The notes under the pieces: model-generated | What the model saw: only the letters and a program-made list of their open reading frames with translations | The model's database searches: none | What the model was told of the DNA's origin: nothing | Position numbers and translations under genes: made by a program | Source of the DNA: a virus | IMG/VR virus record: IMGVR_UViG_3300029286_000012 | DNA length: 64,000 bases | Reading direction: 5' to 3' (one strand) | Shown: in pieces, positions 57,288 to 64,000 of the stretch | How positions within the stretch are numbered: the first letter of the stretch is position 1 | How the letters are laid out: each line of letters opens with the position of its first letter

Positions 57288-58085
57288 ATGACTATATCTG
57301 CAACAGCAAACATTCTTTCTACACCAACTGGTTTAACACTAGATGAGTTGAAACAAGCATTATTCAGTAATCTACGTTATAGATTGGGTGATGGCATTAT
57401 TGACCTTGAGTTAGATCCTCAACATTACGAAGCGGCATACAACTACGCAATAAAAGTATATCGTCAACGAGCGCAAAATGCTACGGCAGAGTCATACACA
57501 CTAATGACAGTTGTAAAAAACGTGGACACTTACACATTGCCACAAGAGTTTATCAATGTTCGTTGTATCTATCGTAGAACAGTTGGATTAGAGACTGGAC
57601 CGGGAGCAAGCAGTTTTGATCCATTCAGTTCAGCTATATTAAACACTTATCTATTAAACTATAACTATGCAGGTGGTATGGCAACATATGACTTTTATGC
57701 TGGTTATGTAGAACTAGCCGCACGTATGTTTGGTGGATATGTAATCTATACATTCGATCCAGTTACAAAAGTAATACGTATTGTTCGTGATCCAAAAGGT
57801 AGTGGTGAGCGTGTTCTTATTTGGGCTGACGTACAAAGACCAGAAGAAGTGTTACTACAAGATCCGGGTGCTGGTGTATGGATTGGTGACTTCATTTTAG
57901 CTAACTTAAAACTAATCATTGGTGAGGCACGTGAGAAGTTTGGTACTATCGCAGGTCCAGGCGGCGGCACAACATTAAACGGTACAGCTATGAAAGCTGA
58001 AGGCAAAGCCGCAATGGAACAACTATACGATGAACTAAAACGTTATGTAGATTACAGTCAGCCATTGACTTGGGTACAAGGTTAA
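57288..58085 (+). CDS. neck protein / head-tail adaptor (T4 gp13-like)
   Basis: RLG..IIDLEL, GEAREKF..IAGP.GGTTLNG. Confidence 0.85.
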   Translation: MTISATANILSTPTGLTLDELKQALFSNLRYRLGDGIIDLELDPQHYEAAYNYAIKVYRQRAQNATAESYTLMTVVKNVDTYTLPQEFINVRCIYRRTVGLETGPGASSFDPFSSAILNTYLLNYNYAGGMATYDFYAGYVELAARMFGGYVIYTFDPVTKVIRIVRDPKGSGERVLIWADVQRPEEVLLQDPGAGVWIGDFILANLKLIIGEAREKFGTIAGPGGGTTLNGTAMKAEGKAAMEQLYDELKRYVDYSQPLTWVQG

Positions 58086-58103
58086 ATAGGATTTTATAAT
58101 TAT

Positions 58104-58661
58104 ATGATGCGTGAATTTATTACTTTACTTGAAGATAAGAGTAAACCCCAAGACATAGAAATCATTCCACTAAACTTTACTGAAGGTGAACTTGCACCTG
58201 TACTTAGTAAAGATACAATAGAACTTCACTATGATAAATTAGCCAATGGTTATGCTGAACGTTATAATAAAGGCGAGGGTGATAAAGATTTTAACTATGC
58301 AGGTGCATTCTTACATAATACATTGTTTCCTCAGTTCCGCGAAGTTAGAAATAAAAACAATCCAAATGGCCCTATTATGGGATTTATCAACAAACACTAC
58401 GGTTCATATGATAATATGAAAGAACAGTTTGAAACTGAATTTATGAAGTTAGAAGGATCTGGTTGGCTATACCTAGCATATGATGGTAAGATTAAAACAA
58501 TTAAAAACCATGAAGTACGCAATGATATATTGTTATTAGTTGATAGGTGGGAACATGCTTGGATACTAGATTATGGTAGTGATAAGAAAAAGTATTTGAA
58601 AGAACAATGGAAGATTATCAATTGGAACGTAATCAATACTCGTTGGGGTAAGAGTCTATGA
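58104..58661 (+). CDS. sod: Fe/Mn superoxide dismutase
   Basis: L.P.LS..TIELHY.K, FLH..LF, GSGW, DRWEHAW.LDY, IINW. Confidence 0.88.
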   Translation: MMREFITLLEDKSKPQDIEIIPLNFTEGELAPVLSKDTIELHYDKLANGYAERYNKGEGDKDFNYAGAFLHNTLFPQFREVRNKNNPNGPIMGFINKHYGSYDNMKEQFETEFMKLEGSGWLYLAYDGKIKTIKNHEVRNDILLLVDRWEHAWILDYGSDKKKYLKEQWKIINWNVINTRWGKSL

Positions 58662-59167
58662 GAGCCAATGAGTTTATTGTAGAAGGTGTGGCGGAAGGCT
58701 CAGAACAAAAATATCTATGGCATGGTTCAAGACAAAAGATTCCTATGTTAGAACCACGCCAATCAGTTGATACAGGTGGTGCCGCAGGTAGCAATCAAAA
58801 TGCTATCTATGCTACCAGTGATCCTAAAGTTGCTATCGCAGTTGGTGGGTTAACTACTCCCGATTCAGATACCGCAATGTTTCCTAACGATCCACAGATG
58901 GTTTTGTTTAGTGGCAAGATTAGAAAAGGAGAAAATGTGTATCTACACAAACTACCTTTTTATAGTCTAGATGGTAAACCGCAGTTTGTTCAGGGTGCCC
59001 ATGACAGGGAATTTTATTCAATACCTGGAGTAAAAGGTATCAAGCCTACAGAAATAAAAGCAGTTCCGGTAGACAAATATCTTAATCTAATCAGGAAGGC
59101 AACTCCTGCTGATTTGGAATTGCGTAAAAAGAATATGAAAGAGCAAGGTGTGGCGGAAGATAATTAA
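58658..59167 (+). CDS. putative ADP-ribosyltransferase-fold protein with capsid-targeting-like leader
   Basis: MRANEFIVE leader; YLWHGS ... IYATSD ... REFY (H-Y-E pattern); flanked by GVAE. Confidence 0.5.
   Translation: MRANEFIVEGVAEGSEQKYLWHGSRQKIPMLEPRQSVDTGGAAGSNQNAIYATSDPKVAIAVGGLTTPDSDTAMFPNDPQMVLFSGKIRKGENVYLHKLPFYSLDGKPQFVQGAHDREFYSIPGVKGIKPTEIKAVPVDKYLNLIRKATPADLELRKKNMKEQGVAEDN
58683..59159 (+). repeat. 15-bp direct repeat AAGGTGTGGCGGAAG (58683-97, 59145-59)
   Basis: identical GC-rich copies, same reading frame, bounding the domain. Confidence 0.9.
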
Positions 59168-59176
59168 CCTAAACAG

Positions 59177-59219
59177 TTTACTTTATAACTCTCCTGTAGT
59201 ACAATATGTATTACAGGAG
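59177..59219 (+). promoter_or_regulatory. sigma70-type promoter embedded in an SD-sequestering hairpin
   Basis: TTTACT-17-TACAAT; 13-bp stem 59191-203/59207-219 includes AGGAG. Confidence 0.7.
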
Positions 59220-59226
59220 TTACCAT

Positions 59227-59859
59227 ATGATTATTGGAGTTACAGGATTAATTGGGTCAGGTAAAGATACAATTGCTGACTATCTTTGCACATTTCACGG
59301 GTTTAAGCGTGTTAGTTTTGCGGCTAGTTTAAAAGACGCAGTAGCAAGTGTCTTTGGTTGGAATAGAGAATACTTAGAAGGTTCAACTAAAACTAGTCGT
59401 GCTTGGCGTGAGCAACGTGATGAATGGTGGAGTAATCGTTTAGGTATGGAAATCACCCCACGATGGGTATTACAATATTGGGGAACAGAAGTCTGTCGTA
59501 ATAACTTTCATACTGATATCTGGGTGGCCAGCGTAGAAAACAAACTACGTCAGACTAATGATAACATTGTTATTACTGATTGTAGATTTGTCAATGAAGT
59601 TAAATCTATCAAAAGTGTCGGTGGCACTACTATGCGTGTGAGCAGGGGTGAACGCCCAATTTGGTATAGTGCCGCAGTTGATTATAACAATGAACCTGAA
59701 GGTAGCGAACAAAAACTAAAAGCTATGGTAGAGTTAGGTAACTATGCAGTTCACGCTAGTGAGTATAGTAGCATTGGTTTATTGTATGACTATTACATTG
59801 ATAACAATAGTACCATTGATGAGTTACACAAGCAAGTGAACTCAGTGGTCAACTTCTAA
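59227..59859 (+). CDS. deoxynucleoside monophosphate kinase (T4 gp1-like)
   Basis: GLIGSGKDT, FAASLK, TPRWVLQ.WGTE, ITDCRF.NE, HASE. Confidence 0.92.
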   Translation: MIIGVTGLIGSGKDTIADYLCTFHGFKRVSFAASLKDAVASVFGWNREYLEGSTKTSRAWREQRDEWWSNRLGMEITPRWVLQYWGTEVCRNNFHTDIWVASVENKLRQTNDNIVITDCRFVNEVKSIKSVGGTTMRVSRGERPIWYSAAVDYNNEPEGSEQKLKAMVELGNYAVHASEYSSIGLLYDYYIDNNSTIDELHKQVNSVVNF

Positions 59860-60189
59860 GTCACCTCGACGCCAAGTTATTTCTTTACGCTTAACCACCT
59901 CAATACAACATAAGCAGACCGTTCGTAAATTAGTAAGAGCAATATTCTCTAAACTACCATCAATATGATATACTGTCATTTGAGTTGGGAACAAACTTTT
60001 AAAGCCACATAAGTCACACGTGGCTTTTTTCTTATAGCCACTTTTAGTCCAGTTTGCTTTTCTAGGCTTTAACTTCTTTTTCTTACGACCGCACTCATCG
60101 CACCCACTGCGATAGTGTGTAATACCCTCACGGATGTAATTCACTGCACAGTGATTTTTTCCGCAACTCTTACATATAGGTCTTAGCAT
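59842..60189 (-). CDS. zinc-finger/HNH-like protein
   Basis: CxxC pairs, HIDG, NLRTVCLCC; late box 60194-201 (-). Confidence 0.7.
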   Translation of the reverse strand: MLRPICKSCGKNHCAVNYIREGITHYRSGCDECGRKKKKLKPRKANWTKSGYKKKATCDLCGFKSLFPTQMTVYHIDGSLENIALTNLRTVCLCCIEVVKRKEITWRRGDLEVDH

Positions 60190-60304
60190 ACAGTATTTAT
60201 TACCTTCGAAGGCACGGTAATACCGTCTTTTTTGAATTTTCTACTAAATAATAGTATGCAATTTAGGTAGTAAACCTCATAATTTTACATAAAGGAAAAA
60301 TAAA

Positions 60305-63300
60305 ATGGCATTAACATCTCCAGGCGTAGAAGTAACGATTACAGACGAAAGTCAATACTTACCGGCCGCAACAGGTTCAGTTCCGCTAGTTCTATTAGCA
60401 ACAGCACAAAATAAAGCAAACGCTAGCGGTACAGGAGTAGCAGTAGCTACTACGGCAGCTAACGCAAATAAATTATATCAGGTAACAAGTCAACGTGATT
60501 TAGTAAACTTATATGGTACACCTTTCTTCTATACAACGACAAATGGTACACCAATTCAAGGTTATGAATTAAATGAATACGGTTTGTTAGCGGCTTACTC
60601 TTTACTAGGAGTTACTAATCGTTGCTATGTACTACGTTGCGATATTGACCTAGCAAGTTTAGTTGGTCAAACTGGTCGCCCAACTGGTGCCCCAGCAGAT
60701 GGTACATATTGGTTGGACAGCACTACAAGTACTTGGGGTATCTATGAATTTAATGCAACAACCGGTCAGTTTGCACTACAATCCCCGATTGTTATCACTG
60801 ATAGTACTGACTTGTCTGGTGGTGTTCCTTTAGCGAGCATTGGTGCTATTGGTGATTATGCAGTTAATGCAATGCAAATAACAACTGATTCAACAGATGC
60901 AGAACGAACATATTATTATAAAACAACAGATAACGTGTGGGTTATATTAGGTAGTAGTGATTGGAAAAATGATACCCCTGCAGTTACATCAACTGTTTCT
61001 AATCCTACAATTTCGGCAGGCGGAACACTTGTTATTAATATGAGTGGTTTGTTCTCTGCTACTATTACCATTTCATCAGGTAATACCGTATCTACTATTG
61101 CAACCGCAATTAATAATCTAGGATGGACATACTTAAGTGCAGGAGTTAGAAGTGGTAAGTTATGTTTGTTTACTAGTCAACGTCTATCAGTTAGTGTTGG
61201 TACATCAAACGCTTATTTAGAAATTAGTGGGACAGGTTCATTCTCTGCATTAGGTATTAGTGCAGGAACGTACTATACTCCAATATTGACATACGGTACA
61301 AGTGCTCAAATGCCATTATGGACAAGCAGTCAATCACAGCCTCGTCCAACAGGTAGTGTTTGGCTTAAGGTAGGAGCAGCCGGTAATGGATTAGCACCTG
61401 TTATATCAAGATACAGTACTGCAACAGCATCATGGATTGCAAAAAATGTAACACTTGCTACTTCTGATTGGTCTGTGACTGCTGGGTTAGATGCAACAGG
61501 TGGACAAGCTATTCCTGCAGGAAGTATTTATGGTCAATATAATTACAATAATACCGGATCTACATCACCCTTATACTTCTGGGAAAGAGTTGCAACTGGC
61601 CCTACAGTAATAACAGGTAGTAATACAACTCCTGACTTCACAGCAGGTCCATATTATATGGATGTGTATGTTAGTGTTCCAGGAAGCAGTTCGTTAAGTA
61701 CAGCATATCAATTTACTCTTGCTGATAATACTGATGCTACTGATTTTGTAACAGCTTGGTACGCCGCTGGCATTCCATACACAACAGCAACAGTAACAAC
61801 AGAAGGTTCTATTCAGTTGACACATACTGAAGGTGGTGAAATTGTTATGGATGATACAGTAGATTCATCATTCGTTTCAACTGGAGTATCTAATGGATTA
61901 ATCACAGAAGCTGGCTTTATTATAGGTACAACATCTGGCGTTAAGTATGGTCCAACTGAATTTATAAGTTTAACTGGTATAGCACAAACTTCTACTAGTG
62001 GAAGTGGTTCAGCCGCAACATTCCAAGTACAAGCACTATACGGAGTTTATATTCTAAACAGTAGCGGTGTAACTGCAGGAGGAAGTGGATATGCAGTAGG
62101 AGATACAATTACAATTGCTGGTACAGTATTTGGTGGTGCAACACCCGCTAACGATTTAGTTGTTGAAGTAGCATCAATTTCCGGTGGAGGTGGAACTGGT
62201 CCTGTGACAGCAGTAACATATGTATCAGGCGCCCCTGTTGCACAATATAGAACTCAATTAAGTAACTGGGTTGAGTTTACATATACCGCTAACGAAGGTG
62301 CCCCGGTAACTGAACCTGCTAATAATACTAACTGGTTCTGGTCTGTAGTTGACCAAGTTGATATTATGGTTCAAAAAGGTGGTGCATGGATTGGTTATAA
62401 GAATACCAATTATGACACAACTGGTGCACCAGCTTCATCCGGTGCAAATACAACTGATCCAAATGGTCCTATCATTAGTGCTACTGCACCTACAACACAA
62501 AGTGATGGCACTGCACTAGTATATGGTGACTTATGGCTTGATACAAGTGATTTAGAATTATATCCTGTAATCAGTCGTTGGCAAGCAGTCAACGGTGAAG
62601 ATATGTGGGTATTAATCAATAATACTGACCAAACAAGTTCAACCGGAGTCTTATTCCAAGATGCACGTTGGGCAACAAATGGTAACACAAGTATTACCGA
62701 TGATCCAATTCCAACAATAGTTAGTTTATTATCAAGTAACTACTTAGATTTAGATGCTCCTAATCCAACACTATATCCACAGGGTATGTTGTTATTCAAC
62801 ACACGCCGTTCAGGTTATAATGTTAAACAATATCGTAGTAACTACCTTACACCAGCTAACTTCCCAGATGAAGGTAGCTATCCAACTGAAACAGCGGCTT
62901 GGGTTACAGTAAGTGGTAACACTGCAAATGGTGCTCCTTATATGGGACGTGCGGCACAACGTGCTATGGTTGTTCAAGCATTGCGTTCAGCAATTGATAC
63001 AAACACAGATATACGTGATGAAGATAATTACTTCAACTTGATGGCTACTCCTAATTATCCAGAACTACAACCTAACATGGTTGTATTGAATGCGGATCGT
63101 GGTGAGACAGGTTACATTATCGGTGATACTCCTTTAGGATTATCTGATAGTGCAACTGATATTCAAGCTTGGGCTAACAATGACGCAGGTGCTACATCAA
63201 CTGGTGAAACTGGTTTAGTTACACGTAATACATACTTGGGTCTATTCTATCCAAGTGGAATTACAAATGACTTGTCAGGTAACGAAGTTGTTGTTCCGGC

Positions 63301-63886
63301 ATCACATATGATGTTACGCACATTCTTACGTAATGACACAGTAGCTTTTCCGTGGTTAGCGGCAGCCGGTACTCGTCGTGGTAATATTGACAATGCATTA
63401 AACATTGGTTACTTGGATCGTACGACCGGTGAATTTGTAGCAATCAAGACACGCTTAGGTATTCGTGATGTATTGTATATCAATCAAATCAATCCATTAG
63501 TATTCTTTACTGGTGTCGGCTTGTTGAATTATGGTAACAAGAATAGCTTCAATTCACAAAGTGCATTAGACAGAACTAACGTTGCACGATTAGTTAACTA
63601 TATTCGCCGTCAACTAACATTGGCAGCTAGACCGTTCGTGTTCGAACCTAATGACACGTTAACACGTAATAGTATTGCTGGTGTTATTCAAACATTGATG
63701 GTTGATCTAGTTGCTAAACGCGGTATCTATGATTATCTCGTTCAGTGCGATGATAGTAATAATACACCGGCAAGAATAGATAGAAACGAATTATGGGTAG
63801 ACGTTGCGATTGAGCCAGTAAAAGCGGCTGAGTTCATCTACATACCGGTTCGTGTTCTAAACACAGGTGAAATATCAGGTGTATAA
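60305..63886 (+). CDS. contractile tail sheath protein (T4 gp18-like) with large insertions
   Basis: MALTSPGVEV, PWLAAAG.RRG, RDVLY..QINP, LDR.NV.RL, FEPND, CD.SNNT, IEPVKA.EFIYIP. Confidence 0.95.
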   Translation: MALTSPGVEVTITDESQYLPAATGSVPLVLLATAQNKANASGTGVAVATTAANANKLYQVTSQRDLVNLYGTPFFYTTTNGTPIQGYELNEYGLLAAYSLLGVTNRCYVLRCDIDLASLVGQTGRPTGAPADGTYWLDSTTSTWGIYEFNATTGQFALQSPIVITDSTDLSGGVPLASIGAIGDYAVNAMQITTDSTDAERTYYYKTTDNVWVILGSSDWKNDTPAVTSTVSNPTISAGGTLVINMSGLFSATITISSGNTVSTIATAINNLGWTYLSAGVRSGKLCLFTSQRLSVSVGTSNAYLEISGTGSFSALGISAGTYYTPILTYGTSAQMPLWTSSQSQPRPTGSVWLKVGAAGNGLAPVISRYSTATASWIAKNVTLATSDWSVTAGLDATGGQAIPAGSIYGQYNYNNTGSTSPLYFWERVATGPTVITGSNTTPDFTAGPYYMDVYVSVPGSSSLSTAYQFTLADNTDATDFVTAWYAAGIPYTTATVTTEGSIQLTHTEGGEIVMDDTVDSSFVSTGVSNGLITEAGFIIGTTSGVKYGPTEFISLTGIAQTSTSGSGSAATFQVQALYGVYILNSSGVTAGGSGYAVGDTITIAGTVFGGATPANDLVVEVASISGGGGTGPVTAVTYVSGAPVAQYRTQLSNWVEFTYTANEGAPVTEPANNTNWFWSVVDQVDIMVQKGGAWIGYKNTNYDTTGAPASSGANTTDPNGPIISATAPTTQSDGTALVYGDLWLDTSDLELYPVISRWQAVNGEDMWVLINNTDQTSSTGVLFQDARWATNGNTSITDDPIPTIVSLLSSNYLDLDAPNPTLYPQGMLLFNTRRSGYNVKQYRSNYLTPANFPDEGSYPTETAAWVTVSGNTANGAPYMGRAAQRAMVVQALRSAIDTNTDIRDEDNYFNLMATPNYPELQPNMVVLNADRGETGYIIGDTPLGLSDSATDIQAWANNDAGATSTGETGLVTRNTYLGLFYPSGITNDLSGNEVVVPASHMMLRTFLRNDTVAFPWLAAAGTRRGNIDNALNIGYLDRTTGEFVAIKTRLGIRDVLYINQINPLVFFTGVGLLNYGNKNSFNSQSALDRTNVARLVNYIRRQLTLAARPFVFEPNDTLTRNSIAGVIQTLMVDLVAKRGIYDYLVQCDDSNNTPARIDRNELWVDVAIEPVKAAEFIYIPVRVLNTGEISGV

Positions 63887-63909
63887 ATGATGCCCGAAAG
63901 GGGTATCAT
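63887..63909 (+). terminator. hairpin after the sheath gene
   Basis: ATGATGCCC-GAAA-GGGGTATCAT. Confidence 0.55.
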
Positions 63910-63943
63910 CTTAAAGATAAATAAAGATACAGGAGATTAAAAA

Positions 63944-64000
63944 ATGGCTATAGCCTCACAATCATTGTTCAACATGACCGTAGCGTCAGATAACGCAGGT
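63944..64000 (+). CDS. probable tail tube protein, 5' end (truncated by window)
   Basis: late box and AGGAG SD; MAIASQSLFNMTVASDNAG; position after the sheath gene is the only basis for the call. Confidence 0.55.
   Translation, partial: MAIASQSLFNMTVASDNAG

Noticed and set aside
1-64000. Stop-codon reassignment
   Set aside because: Core genes are full length under the standard code, and TAA, TGA and TAG all terminate genes at sensible positions

Overview
This 64-kb window is part of a large, AT-rich, T4-related (myovirus-type) bacteriophage genome, probably infecting a Gram-negative host (spanin-like gene pair, several lipoproteins). It uses the standard genetic code and is almost entirely coding, mostly on the + strand. 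Recognisable core genes: terminase large subunit, gp32 SSB, UvsX, UvsY, UvsW, clamp-loader small subunit, primase, gp41 helicase, thymidylate synthase, dNMP kinase, neck and tail-completion proteins, tail sheath and the start of the probable tail tube. Accessory genes: a MoxR-like AAA/vWA-metallopeptidase pair, a dispersed sugar-modification set (epimerase, DegT aminotransferase, methyltransferases, radical SAM, two GT10-like paralogues, SGNH protein), IscA, SOD and NUDIX. Most notable observations: (1) a family of proteins with T4-internal-protein-like N-terminal tags (M-R-A-x-E-F-I-x-E), including a SOD and an ADP-ribosyltransferase-like domain bounded by a 15-bp direct repeat encoding GVAE; (2) a 190-aa miniature DnaE-like polymerase coupled to a DEDDh exonuclease; (3) a GIY-YIG endonuclease inserted into the 5' end of the epimerase gene, with a recoded duplicate N-terminus that restores it; (4) repeated promoter-inside-hairpin elements and many apparently leaderless genes; (5) an array of small paralogues ending F-x-L-[RK]-W. 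No tRNA, rRNA, CRISPR array, integrase or reverse transcriptase was seen. All functional calls come from motif recognition by eye; no searches were run.
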